Assembly: GCA_018968815.1 (NCBI GenBank)
Contig: JAGWZL010000002.1
Span: 20,834-84,833, forward strand
Length of the DNA stretch: 64,000 nt
DNA from: Verrucomicrobiota bacterium
Lineage (GTDB): Bacteria; Chlamydiota; Chlamydiia; Chlamydiales; SM23-39
Direction of reading: 5' to 3'
Below the pieces are notes generated by a model that saw nothing but the letters and a program-made list of their open reading frames with translations, did no database searches and was not told the DNA's origin. The first letter of the stretch is position 1, and every line of letters starts with the position of its first letter. The position numbers were made by a program, and so were the translations under genes. Below, in pieces: positions 26,887 to 36,284 of this stretch.

Positions 26887-29009
26887 GAGAGTTGTACACG
26901 GCCTAAGGGTTGGATCCGGATTTCTGGCACAATTTCTTGGTAGGAGACGACAGATAGATCGGGGAATTCTCCTTCGATGAGTTTACGGACAAAGCGGCGC
27001 ACATCGATCGCTGTGAGAAGGACAGGGGGCTGGCCGCCTGGAGGGGTGGGCACGATGGTATTGCGCATCGAGTGGAGAATGAGCTGTACGGAATCGGGAT
27101 CGAGCGCCAAATAGGAGCCGGCGGAGGTTTGTTTGATGGCGCCGCGCACCATGTCTTCGATTTCCGGATCGAGGAGGTAGACTGAGAGCACCGATTGGCC
27201 GAGCGAATATTTGTAGCTGATGTATCGTTTCAAAGAGGAGCGGACATATTCGGTGAGCAGCACGGTATCTTTTTCGGTTTGCGCCCATTCGCTGAGAGCC
27301 TCCAAGATGGTGCGCAGGTCTTTGATGGAGACCTGTTCTTGGACGAGGCGGCGCAGAATTTCGGTGAGTTTTTGTAAGGGGACGAGGCGGGTGACCTCTT
27401 TGACGAGATCGGGGAACGATTTTTCCAGGAACTCGAGGATGGCGCGCACTTCTTGGATGCCGATGAATTCGGAGGCATATTGGCGGTAGAATTTGGAGAG
27501 GTGGAGGATGATCACTTCGAGGCCTGTCCAGAAACGGATGCCTGCTTTTTGCAAGATTTCCTGATACCGTTCATCGACCCAAAGGGCTGGCATGCCGAGC
27601 GATCCTTTTGAAGTGGTGAACGGGATATTGTATCTGCGTAACGTTTCTTCTGTTTCGTTTGTGAGCAGGTGTTTCAGGATGATTTTTCCTCTGACGATGG
27701 GCACTTCATTCAGGTGGATGGCATATTCATTGGGCTCAAAAGTGGGCGAATCGGTTCTCACGTGAACCCCTGGAAAGCGGACTCCTAAATCTTGGTAGAG
27801 AGCGTGGCGCATTTTGGGGATCATCTGGTCGATGAAGGTGAGCCCCTGTTTATCTTTGCGGATGATTTGCGAGATCGCCGACCCCACTTCGAGAACGATG
27901 GGCAACGTGAGCGCATAATCTTCGGGACCGCCGCCTGATACGGCATGGCCGGGGACATCGGTGTCCATGGCGCTGATGCCAGCGGCCGCTTTGGCGGCGA
28001 CTCGTTTTGTGTTGTACCAGAAGACATAGCCAATGGAACCGATGAAGACAGAGAGGATCAAAAAGGGCCAAGCAGGGAATCCTGGGATCCAGGCCATGAG
28101 GACGAGCAGGCCTGCTGCGATCATGAGCGCTTTAGGCTGTTTGAGCAGCTGTTCGGAGATCTCTTTGCCCAAGTGGGCGTCCTTTTTTTCGCTTGAGACG
28201 CGGGTGGTGACAATACCTGCTGTGATGGCGATCATCAGGGCGGGGATCTGGGACACCAGGCCATCGCCGATGGAGAGGAGGGTATAGATTTTGGCCGATT
28301 GGGCGAGTGTCATTTTGTGCATCGTGACCCCGATGATCAGGCCTCCGATGACGTTGATGCACGTGATGACGATCCCTGCAATTGCATCTCCTTTGACGAA
28401 CTTCATGGCGCCGTCCATGGCTCCATAGAGTTGGCTCTCTTTGGTCAATCCGAGGCGCAATTCGCGCGCCTGCTGCTGGTCGATGATTCCTGAGCGCAAG
28501 TCGGCGTCGATGGACATTTGTTTGCCGGGCATGGCGTCTAAGGTAAAGCGGGCTGCCACCTCTGCTACCCTTTCAGCGCCTTTGACGACGACGATGAATT
28601 GGACAATGGTGATGATCAAGAAGACGACGCCCCCGACCACATAATTGCCGCCGACGACGAAGTGTCCGAAGGCGAAGATGATCTTTCCCGCATTGGCGTG
28701 GAGTAGGATCTGACGGGTCGAGGAGATGTTGACCCCCAGTCGATAGAGCGTTGTGAGCAGCAATAGAGAAGGGAACATGGAGAGTTGCACTGCTTTTTGG
28801 ATGTAGATCGCGACGAAAATGAGGCAGATCGACACGGTTAGGTTCACGGAGATCAAGATGTCGATCACATGAGGAGAGACGGGGAAAATCAGCATCATGA
28901 TGATCGCGATGACAACCGCTGCGAGGATGAGATCGCTCGATCTGGAGATGGTGTTCAGGGCTCGGTCGCCCCCTAAAACGCGGGCGAGATTGTCGAAAAA
29001 TTTATTCAT
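26883..29009 (-). CDS. cdsV: type III secretion export gate SctV (CdsV/LcrD)
   Basis: 708 aa of the FHIPEP family (…GDGLVSQIPALMIAITAGIVTTR…). Confidence 0.95.
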   Translation of the reverse strand: MNKFFDNLARVLGGDRALNTISRSSDLILAAVVIAIIMMLIFPVSPHVIDILISVNLTVSICLIFVAIYIQKAVQLSMFPSLLLLTTLYRLGVNISSTRQILLHANAGKIIFAFGHFVVGGNYVVGGVVFLIITIVQFIVVVKGAERVAEVAARFTLDAMPGKQMSIDADLRSGIIDQQQARELRLGLTKESQLYGAMDGAMKFVKGDAIAGIVITCINVIGGLIIGVTMHKMTLAQSAKIYTLLSIGDGLVSQIPALMIAITAGIVTTRVSSEKKDAHLGKEISEQLLKQPKALMIAAGLLVLMAWIPGFPAWPFLILSVFIGSIGYVFWYNTKRVAAKAAAGISAMDTDVPGHAVSGGGPEDYALTLPIVLEVGSAISQIIRKDKQGLTFIDQMIPKMRHALYQDLGVRFPGVHVRTDSPTFEPNEYAIHLNEVPIVRGKIILKHLLTNETEETLRRYNIPFTTSKGSLGMPALWVDERYQEILQKAGIRFWTGLEVIILHLSKFYRQYASEFIGIQEVRAILEFLEKSFPDLVKEVTRLVPLQKLTEILRRLVQEQVSIKDLRTILEALSEWAQTEKDTVLLTEYVRSSLKRYISYKYSLGQSVLSVYLLDPEIEDMVRGAIKQTSAGSYLALDPDSVQLILHSMRNTIVPTPPGGQPPVLLTAIDVRRFVRKLIEGEFPDLSVVSYQEIVPEIRIQPLGRVQLS

Positions 29010-30082
29010 TTAAACAGGTCCATGTTGGCTTCTGGGGGATGTTCCAAAGAGTCGATCCATTTGAGAATTTGGGCAACAGCTTCATATGTATCTTCAGGTA
29101 TATAATCGGAAATTTTCCCTTTACTGTATAGCTCTCTTGCTAAATCTACATTTCTCATGATTGGGATATTGTTTTCGATACCTATTTTTATGATCTGTTC
29201 GGCGAAGACGCCTTTTCCCATGGTGAGAATGATGGGTGCGACCTCTTCAGGGGGGTTATATTTGATGGCGACAGCGATGTGTATGGGGTTGGTGATGATG
29301 GCTCTGGCGCGTCTTGCGGCTCTGGGGCCATCTTGGTAGGCGATTTCGCGGAATAGCTCTCTTCTGCGTCCTTTGATTGCCGGATCGCCTTCTGTATCTT
29401 TGTATTCTTGCTTCACCTCGAACTTTTCCATCTTCATCTCTTTGGCAAAGTTTTTTTTCTGGAAGGCCAGATCGAAAAGGGCGACTAAGATGAAGAAAAT
29501 CCCCACTCTCAAGGCGGCTGTGAACAGGAAGCTATGGACGATGCTGGCGCTGCCGAGGATGGGCATTAAGACAGTTGCAATGATTTGCGGCAGGCTGTGA
29601 ACCACAATGATATAGATGATGATGCCGGCGCCTGTGATTTTGGCAATCGATTTGAGCAGCTCGACCAGCACGCGCATTTTGAATTTGTTTTTGATCCCTT
29701 CGATGGGGTTGAGTTTTTTGAGATCAAATTTCATGGCTTCAAAGGAGAATACAGGTCCATTGACGAGAAAGCTGACGATCACGCCCACAAAGCAGACGAT
29801 GCCCATAATGGGCAGGCTCGTCATGAGAATGATTTTAGAGGCGACCAGGAAAAAGGAGGGGGCTTGCTGCGCGAGCACCTGTTCGTCTTGCTGGGAGGCG
29901 CGAAACATCAGGAGCAGAAAGCTTTCCAAATTGTGGTAGATATAGCTCATGGCCGCAAGGGTGCCCATGATCGAGACAATGAACGTCATAGCAGCAGGCA
30001 TGTCTTGGGCTTTTGCGATTTGCCCCTTTTTGCGCGCATCTTTGAGTTTCTTTGGAGTTGCCTTTTCGGTCTTCTCGGCCAT
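29006..30082 (-). CDS. cdsU: type III secretion switch protein SctU (CdsU/YscU)
   Basis: MAEKTEKATPKKLKDARKKGQIAKAQD N-terminus, four TM segments and an NPIH autocleavage-type motif. Confidence 0.9.
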   Translation of the reverse strand: MAEKTEKATPKKLKDARKKGQIAKAQDMPAAMTFIVSIMGTLAAMSYIYHNLESFLLLMFRASQQDEQVLAQQAPSFFLVASKIILMTSLPIMGIVCFVGVIVSFLVNGPVFSFEAMKFDLKKLNPIEGIKNKFKMRVLVELLKSIAKITGAGIIIYIIVVHSLPQIIATVLMPILGSASIVHSFLFTAALRVGIFFILVALFDLAFQKKNFAKEMKMEKFEVKQEYKDTEGDPAIKGRRRELFREIAYQDGPRAARRARAIITNPIHIAVAIKYNPPEEVAPIILTMGKGVFAEQIIKIGIENNIPIMRNVDLARELYSKGKISDYIPEDTYEAVAQILKWIDSLEHPPEANMDLFK

Positions 30083-30209
30083 GGAATTAGAATACCCAAC
30101 AATTTCAACTGCCGTCAACAATAAGAATGGGGCACTCTTTTTTTTACCACCTTCTCAGGGTCGCAGAGAAGCATAGATATGTTTATAGTATTGATATATC
30201 ATTGTAATC

Positions 30210-31292
30210 ATGCAAACGGCCCACCCCACTTGGATCGAAATCGATCTGAAACAGTTCAGACAGAATATGAGCAGGATTCGCTCTATGATTGGGAAGAGCC
30301 GGTTTTGTTTGCCTGTGAAAGCCAATGCCTATGGCCATGGACTGGCGGGGATCGCGAAAGCGGCCCAGGAGGCAGGTGTTGATTGTTTGGGCGTGTCCTG
30401 TTTGCAAGAAGGGGTGCAGCTCAGAGGGGCGGGGATTTCGATCCCCATTCTCGTATTCGGCGCCATTCATGAAGATCAAATCGAAGATCTCGTGAAGTAT
30501 GATTTGGAATTCTCCATCAGCTCCTCGTTGAAAGCCGATTTGGTGGCGAAAAAGTTGAGTCGAAAATGCCGCGTACACCTAGAAGTCGAAACAGGCATGC
30601 AACGGACAGGGATGCGCCCTCAAACAGCTTTGGCCTTGGCGCAGCATCTGAAGACCATGCCCTGCTTTGATCTCGTCGGAGTCTATTCGCATTTAGCTAC
30701 CGCAGATCGCAAGGCGGATCCGGTCGCCATCGCGCAAATTCAGACTTTTAAGGCGCTAATTCAACACCCCGTTTTTCATCAAGTGTCGGCCCACTTGGCC
30801 AATTCGGGCGGCGTGATCCATTATCCGGAATCCCATCTCGATATGGTGCGCCCAGGATTGATGGCCTATGGCTACCCATCCACGCCTGTTGAGGGAATCG
30901 CCCCCTGTTTTTCTTTAAAGTCGAAAATCTCTTATTTTAAGGTCGTAGAAGCGGGGGTGGGCATCGGATACGGACATCAGTACACAACCCGACAAAGAAC
31001 CCGGGTGGTCACCGTGCCGATCGGATATGGCGATGGGTATCGCAGAGCTTTGTCCCATCGGGGATCTGTACTCATTCGGGGAAAACGTTTTCCCATCGCA
31101 GGAGCCATTTGCATGGATCAGTTCATGGTCGATATCGGCCAACATGAAGCTTTTGTTGGAGAAGAAGTCGTCCTGATCGGCAAACAGGGCCATGGAGAAA
31201 TCCCCCTCACCGAAATCGCCGCCCTTTGCGATACCATTCCCTACGAGGTTCTGTGTCTGTTGAATGGACGCATCCCAAGGATTTTTATATGA
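30210..31292 (+). CDS. alr: alanine racemase
   Basis: LPVKANAYGHG PLP-lysine motif and full-length Alr-like sequence. Confidence 0.9.
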   Translation: MQTAHPTWIEIDLKQFRQNMSRIRSMIGKSRFCLPVKANAYGHGLAGIAKAAQEAGVDCLGVSCLQEGVQLRGAGISIPILVFGAIHEDQIEDLVKYDLEFSISSSLKADLVAKKLSRKCRVHLEVETGMQRTGMRPQTALALAQHLKTMPCFDLVGVYSHLATADRKADPVAIAQIQTFKALIQHPVFHQVSAHLANSGGVIHYPESHLDMVRPGLMAYGYPSTPVEGIAPCFSLKSKISYFKVVEAGVGIGYGHQYTTRQRTRVVTVPIGYGDGYRRALSHRGSVLIRGKRFPIAGAICMDQFMVDIGQHEAFVGEEVVLIGKQGHGEIPLTEIAALCDTIPYEVLCLLNGRIPRIFI

Positions 31293-33022
31293 CGTTGTTA
31301 TTGAGCTGCCAATCCATTTCTAAAGCCTACTCTACGCGGCTCTTGTTTACCGATCTTTCACTGAGTATTTTTGCAAAAGATCGGATCGGTTTGATTGGGC
31401 CGAATGGGGCTGGAAAGACCACGCTTTTGAAGATTTTGGCGGGGTTAGAAACGCCCGATACGGGGATTTTGTCCCCTAGAAAAGGCTTGCGGGTGGGCTA
31501 TGTGCCTCAAGCATGCGAATTTCCCCCTCTGCCCGTTGAAAAAATCCTCGTCGATGTGATCCAGGAGGATCTACCCGCGTATGAAAAAGAACGGCTTGCC
31601 CAAATGTGGCTCAGCAAACTGGGATTTACAGGGAATCTTCCTCATGCAACAGATCTTTCGGGGGGATGGAAAAAACGGCTGGGACTGGCCTGCGCGCTCA
31701 TTTCCGAACCCGACCTTATTTTCTACGATGAACCCACCAACCATTTAGATGTGGAAGGCATTGTGTGGCTGGAAAAATTTCTCACTCGAGAGTCGCCCAC
31801 GTATCTGCTCGTCAGCCATGATCGCTATTTTCTGCAAAATGTGACGAACCAAATCGTTGAAATCGACCCGGCCTATCCCAAGGGGATGTTTGCCATTGAG
31901 GGCACCTATGCCCGGTTTTTGGAGAAGAAGGGCGAATTTTTGGCTGGGCAGCTGCAGCAGGAACGCTCGCTGGGAACCAAGATGCGCCGAGAAACCGAAT
32001 GGCTGCGCCAAGGAGTCAAGGCGCGAACCACTAAATCCCAATCGAGAATCGATGCGGCTGAAGAGGTCTTGGCGGAACACTCCGCCGTCAGGGCCCGCAA
32101 CCGTTCCAAGCGGGCAGAAATCGACTTCGCCGCCACCGAACGGCAAACACGCAAGCTTCTCACAGCAAAAAACTTAAAGAAAGAGGTGGGGGGGAAGGTG
32201 TTATTTCAGGGGCTGGACCTGCTTTTGTCTCCTGGCTCGCGCCTTGGGCTTCTTGGGCCGAATGGTTCTGGGAAAACGACATTGCTCAGAATGTTGGCTG
32301 GGGAGGTAGAGCCCGATCAAGGGACGATCAAGCGGGCGGATGATTTAAAGACGGTCTATTTTGATCAGATGCGCGCTCAGCTGCCCCTCGATTTGCGTCT
32401 GCGCGATGCGCTCTCGCCGAAAGGGGATTATGTTTCGTTTCGAGGCCAAGAGGTGCATGTGAATGGGTGGTGCAAGCGGTTTCTTTTTTCGCCGGATCAT
32501 TTGGAACTGCCGATTGGGACGCTATCTGGGGGCGAGCGGGCGCGCATTGCGGTGGCGCATTTGATGCTGCAGCCGGCCGATGTGCTTCTGCTCGATGAAC
32601 CGACCAATGATTTGGACATTGCGACTTTAGAGACGTTGGAAGAGAGTTTGCTCGAATTTCCAGGGGCGGTGGTGCTCATCACGCACGATCGGTGCATGCT
32701 CGATCGGATCTGCAATGGATTCATCACACTGGGCGGCGAAGAAGGGAGAGCTGAACCGGAGAAACAAGAGGCGAAAAGAGAAGAAAAGCCGAAAGGCAAA
32801 CTCTCCTATATGGAAAAGAAGGAGTTTGAAGCCATTGAGGGGAAAATCGCGAAATGGGAAAACGAAGTGAAAGAACTCAACCAGCTGTTAGAGAGCCGCG
32901 AGGTGGCCCAAGATGCAAAGAAATTGAACGAGATATGTCAGGCCATTGGCGTGGCCGAAAATCAAATCGAGCAACTCTATCTGCGGTTTGCTGAACTCGA
33001 CAAAAAACTACAAGGTTTTTAA
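31289..33022 (+). CDS. ABC-F family ATPase (Uup/EttA-like)
   Basis: Two Walker A motifs (GPNGAGKTT and GPNGSGKTT), two LSGG signatures and a C-terminal coiled coil. ATGA overlap with alr. Confidence 0.9.
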   Translation: MTLLLSCQSISKAYSTRLLFTDLSLSIFAKDRIGLIGPNGAGKTTLLKILAGLETPDTGILSPRKGLRVGYVPQACEFPPLPVEKILVDVIQEDLPAYEKERLAQMWLSKLGFTGNLPHATDLSGGWKKRLGLACALISEPDLIFYDEPTNHLDVEGIVWLEKFLTRESPTYLLVSHDRYFLQNVTNQIVEIDPAYPKGMFAIEGTYARFLEKKGEFLAGQLQQERSLGTKMRRETEWLRQGVKARTTKSQSRIDAAEEVLAEHSAVRARNRSKRAEIDFAATERQTRKLLTAKNLKKEVGGKVLFQGLDLLLSPGSRLGLLGPNGSGKTTLLRMLAGEVEPDQGTIKRADDLKTVYFDQMRAQLPLDLRLRDALSPKGDYVSFRGQEVHVNGWCKRFLFSPDHLELPIGTLSGGERARIAVAHLMLQPADVLLLDEPTNDLDIATLETLEESLLEFPGAVVLITHDRCMLDRICNGFITLGGEEGRAEPEKQEAKREEKPKGKLSYMEKKEFEAIEGKIAKWENEVKELNQLLESREVAQDAKKLNEICQAIGVAENQIEQLYLRFAELDKKLQGF

Positions 33023-33316
33023 CTCTGGGCTGGCGAAAGAAACCTTTGTAACAGAGCGGCAAAGGCCGGTTCTTTGCGCGTTTATGAGGTCCTCCTCAGT
33101 GAAGCTTAAAACGACGGTTTGCCGTGCTGTAGGATATGTCGATGTTGTGACCTCTAGAAAGATCTTATTTGCCCGGAGATCTTCTGGGGTCAGTTCTGTG
33201 ACATCGAGTCGAATAATCCCATTCTGGTAGGTGGCCTTTTTATTATACCAGTTAGAAGAACATATCTTTGGTGGCACATCATGATACACGATGTGTGATG
33301 AGGTATGTGTTATCAT
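33008..33316 (-). CDS. hypothetical protein (102 aa)
   Basis: ORF only, with no family recognised. It is the last gene of the accessory patch. Confidence 0.35.
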   Translation of the reverse strand: MITHTSSHIVYHDVPPKICSSNWYNKKATYQNGIIRLDVTELTPEDLRANKIFLEVTTSTYPTARQTVVLSFTEEDLINAQRTGLCRSVTKVSFASPELKTL

Positions 33317-33337
33317 CTGTGGTCCTTCACATTCATT

Positions 33338-34003
33338 TTATGATTCAACGTCTGATTCTCCCGTGCGTTCATGGTCAGGTCTTTCGGGAGGTGCGTGTGC
33401 AACAGGGGGGTGAAGATGTTTCAGTAGTGCATCCATAGAGGTGTTTATGCCTTGAATAGATTGTTCATCGTTTTGTATATGGACAGGATGTGTCATCCGG
33501 AACCTCTCGAAGATGGATTGTCCGAATACACGCTCACATACATCATAGATTCGACGATAGAGATCGATCTTTTCTCGATCTTCTGCCGTGCGGATACGAT
33601 GCGCTGCGCATTCAATTTGTTCCGGCAGGGCCTCATAACGCCATTGCACATACTCAGGATCAAAAGAAATAGAAATAACTCGCCATCCTTTGGAACGGAA
33701 CGGAACCCATGTCTCTATATGACCTGCATCTCTCTCTTTTTGAGTCAGCTTGCAAAAATATAGCTTAAAGAGATCGTTGTGGGGCTCATACACGATCCGC
33801 GAGTCTACCGGCCAGTCCGCCCGGTCCGCCAAGTCCGCCCGGTCCGCCCGGTCTGCCCGGTCTGCCCGGTCTGCCAAGTCCGCCAGGTTCTCCCAGTCCG
33901 CCAAGTCCGCCAGGTTCTCCCAGTCCGCCCGGTTCTCCGAGAGCTCCCCTGGATAAGGATTGATGCACCAGATCAGAGGGTTAGATTGAAGTGATCCTCT
34001 CAT
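33338..34003 (-). CDS. hypothetical protein with (A-D-R/L / W-E-N) tripeptide repeats
   Basis: ATGA overlap with the upstream ORF at 34000-34003. It contains the 9-bp repeat tract. Confidence 0.5.
   Translation of the reverse strand: MRGSLQSNPLIWCINPYPGELSENRADWENLADLADWENLADLADRADRADRADRADLADRADWPVDSRIVYEPHNDLFKLYFCKLTQKERDAGHIETWVPFRSKGWRVISISFDPEYVQWRYEALPEQIECAAHRIRTAEDREKIDLYRRIYDVCERVFGQSIFERFRMTHPVHIQNDEQSIQGINTSMDALLKHLHPPVAHAPPERPDHERTGESDVES
33812..33938. repeat. 9-bp in-frame microsatellite-like tandem repeat (~14 units)
   Basis: gtccgcccg / gtccgccaa / gtctgcccg / gttctccca units encoding …WENLADLADWENLADLADRADRADRADRADLADRADW…. Confidence 0.85.
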
Positions 34004-34560
34004 GGTGGCGTACCTGTGGATGAGGGGGGTAATCGCTCGACTGCCTTTGCGTAGGTCGTATATATGCTTAGCAGGCAACGCTGGCTACCCATGGTGGCTT
34101 TCAGTGCCTGAGGTTGAGGTGAGGATGGATCCTGGGCTTTTATCCAGTAACGCCTGTACTGTTGTGCAAGAAAGTCACACATGTCCCCTCGTATCTGGCC
34201 CGGCACTATGGTGTCTGGGAGCTGCTTCAAGAGCTCACATAGAGTGTCAGATTGTAAGTTGGCGCCTATCTTTTGGGTGACTGCTGTGTATTTTGGGCTG
34301 TTGCGTATCGCTTGGCTGATTCCTTTGGATCGTAACTTGTTATTGATTGTTTGGATGGCCTCTTCGTACACTTGCACGATTGCTTGACTGCTCTCCTGAG
34401 AGGCAATCTTGTCGTTAAACTGTGCGGGAGGCAGCGCATCTGTGAAGTCCATACACTGTGCGGGAGGCAGTGCATCTGTGAAGTCCATCCAAGCAGCGCT
34501 GTAATATTGTTTATACAGGCTCTGCACACACGCAAGGAGATCTTTTTGCGCGCTACTCAT
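34000..34560 (-). CDS. hypothetical protein (186 aa) with a 12-aa duplicated motif
   Basis: ORF translationally coupled to the downstream gene. It contains MDFTDALPPAQ twice. Confidence 0.5.
   Translation of the reverse strand: MSSAQKDLLACVQSLYKQYYSAAWMDFTDALPPAQCMDFTDALPPAQFNDKIASQESSQAIVQVYEEAIQTINNKLRSKGISQAIRNSPKYTAVTQKIGANLQSDTLCELLKQLPDTIVPGQIRGDMCDFLAQQYRRYWIKAQDPSSPQPQALKATMGSQRCLLSIYTTYAKAVERLPPSSTGTPP
34420..34491. repeat. 36-bp tandem duplication (2 units)
   Basis: The two copies of ctgtgcgggaggcag(c/t)gcatctgtgaagtccat(aca/cca) differ at only 2 of 36 positions. Confidence 0.85.
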
Positions 34561-34611
34561 GGTGTTGTGTTCTCAATGAGTTTTAGCGAAACAAACTGAC
34601 GCATCGATTTC

Positions 34612-34635
34612 CGTTTTTGGATTCATTTGTGTATA
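34612..34635. mobile_element. solo terminal remnant of the 22201-type MITE
   Basis: ccgtttttggattcatttgtgtata compares with the right terminus ccaacttttgagttcgtttgtgtata. The 14-nt ttcatttgtgtata equals the reverse complement of the left terminus at 22201. Confidence 0.45.
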
Positions 34636-34704
34636 ACAGCAAGATACTTTACGCTCGGTGGGTAGAAAAAGTCAAGTCTCACCTATTCAGAGCTATAGAG
34701 GGCG

Positions 34705-35799
34705 TTAACTGTGAAAAAATAAAATTACATCGCCATCATGAACGATATATTCGCGCCCCTCGGATCTCGCTTTTCCAGATTCCCGCGCTCCAACACGGCC
34801 CTTGTAGCGCATCATATCTTCAAAAGAGACCACTTCAGCGCGGATGAACCCTTTTTCGATATCGGAGTGAATTTTTCCTGCTGCCTCTGCAGCGGGCGTC
34901 CCCTTTTTGATCGTCCATGCGCGGGTTTCGATCTCTCCCGTTGTGATATAGGTGATCAGATCGAGCAGCGAAAAGGCCTCTCGAATCAGTCGGTCGAGCC
35001 CCGATTCCTTGAGGCCAAGACTTTCTAAAAATTCCTTGGCGTCTTTTTCGTCGAGGCGAGAAATCTCCTCCTCAATGCGTGCGCAGATCGGAACGATGCG
35101 AGAACCCTCTTTGGCGGCGTATGCGCGCACCGCTTGGACGAGCGGATTATCGAGAGCGGGCACATCGGACTCTCCCACGTTGCACACATACAGCACCTTT
35201 TTTTTCGTTAAAAAGTTATACTGCTTGCAAATCTCTTCTTCCTCAGGCGTCAGGGTCAAGATGCGCATGGGCAAGTTTTGATTGAGGTGCGCCGCGCATT
35301 TTTTCAAAAGATCCACAGCGGGCTGCAACTCCTTTTTCCCTTTGGCCTGTTTTTCGAGCCGCGACAGGGTGTTTTCTACCATTTGGAGATCCGCCAAGAT
35401 GAGCTCCAGCGTAATCACCTCGATGTCGTCCAGCGGATTGACCTTCCCTGACACGTGGATCACGTTGGGATCTTCAAAGCAGCGCACCACTTGGACGATC
35501 GCGTCTGTTTCTCGAATGTGTGAAAGAAATTGATTGCCCAGCCCTTCTCCTTGCGAGGCGCCCTTCACAAGCCCTGCAATATCGACAAAGGACACTGTTG
35601 CGGGAATGATCTTTTTGCTGTGGGATTGCTCCGAAAGAGCGTGCAAACGGGGATCGGCTACTTGGACCACGCCCACATTGGGATCAATCGTGCAAAAAGG
35701 ATAGTTCTCCGAAGGGATCTGTTTACGAGTCAATGCATTGAAAAGCGTCGATTTTCCCACATTCGGAAGCCCTACAATGCCGCAAGAAAGATTTGTCAT
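34705..35799 (-). CDS. ychF: ribosome-binding ATPase YchF
   Basis: [18 protein letters not shown] and full-length YchF-like sequence. Confidence 0.95.
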   Translation of the reverse strand: MTNLSCGIVGLPNVGKSTLFNALTRKQIPSENYPFCTIDPNVGVVQVADPRLHALSEQSHSKKIIPATVSFVDIAGLVKGASQGEGLGNQFLSHIRETDAIVQVVRCFEDPNVIHVSGKVNPLDDIEVITLELILADLQMVENTLSRLEKQAKGKKELQPAVDLLKKCAAHLNQNLPMRILTLTPEEEEICKQYNFLTKKKVLYVCNVGESDVPALDNPLVQAVRAYAAKEGSRIVPICARIEEEISRLDEKDAKEFLESLGLKESGLDRLIREAFSLLDLITYITTGEIETRAWTIKKGTPAAEAAGKIHSDIEKGFIRAEVVSFEDMMRYKGRVGARESGKARSEGREYIVHDGDVILFFHS

Positions 35800-36284
35800 A
35801 GCCTTTTACCTAAAAGTTGTTCTGCTAAAATTGTGTTTCCTTCCCCAAGCGCCTTTCGGATCCGGGAAGAGGAGATCGGCGCCCCCTCAAAAAGCACTTT
35901 GGGGATATATTCCACTGCGATCTTCCTCTCAAGGCCGTACAGGCGCACCGCCTCCATCGTTCCCCCGCGATCCTTGCCAAACACAGACCCTTCCCCCAAA
36001 ATAATGTGGCTCAAATCAAAATGATCGAGCAGCTCATCAAAGCGCATCTGCGCAAACTCCGCCGTAAAGGGGACGACGAGCACTTGATCGGCATACTCCC
36101 TCAACTGCTTCAGGCGCTCCTCGTAAGAAATGAGCAGCTCAGGCGCAGGCGGACGGATCAGCCCTTGCGGGTGGTTCGAAAACGTCAAAATCGTTGCATG
36201 GGGCAGCTCTCTAAGACGCCGCAAGAGCGCCTGGTGGCCTAAATGGACTCCATCAAAAAAACCGATCGTCAGAGCTGTTTTCAT
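35796..36284 (-). CDS. ribF: FAD synthetase (FMN adenylyltransferase) domain only; no riboflavin kinase domain
   Basis: GFFDGVHLGHQALL…SSSRIR is the RibF N-terminal module. The ORF ends at 162 aa. Confidence 0.8.
   Translation of the reverse strand: MKTALTIGFFDGVHLGHQALLRRLRELPHATILTFSNHPQGLIRPPAPELLISYEERLKQLREYADQVLVVPFTAEFAQMRFDELLDHFDLSHIILGEGSVFGKDRGGTMEAVRLYGLERKIAVEYIPKVLFEGAPISSSRIRKALGEGNTILAEQLLGKRL

Noticed and set aside
33750-33994. Several 60-71-aa ORFs in alternative frames and strands across the 9-bp repeat tract.
   Set aside because: Low-complexity repeats keep all frames open. Only the 33338-34003 frame is continuous with flanking non-repeat coding sequence.
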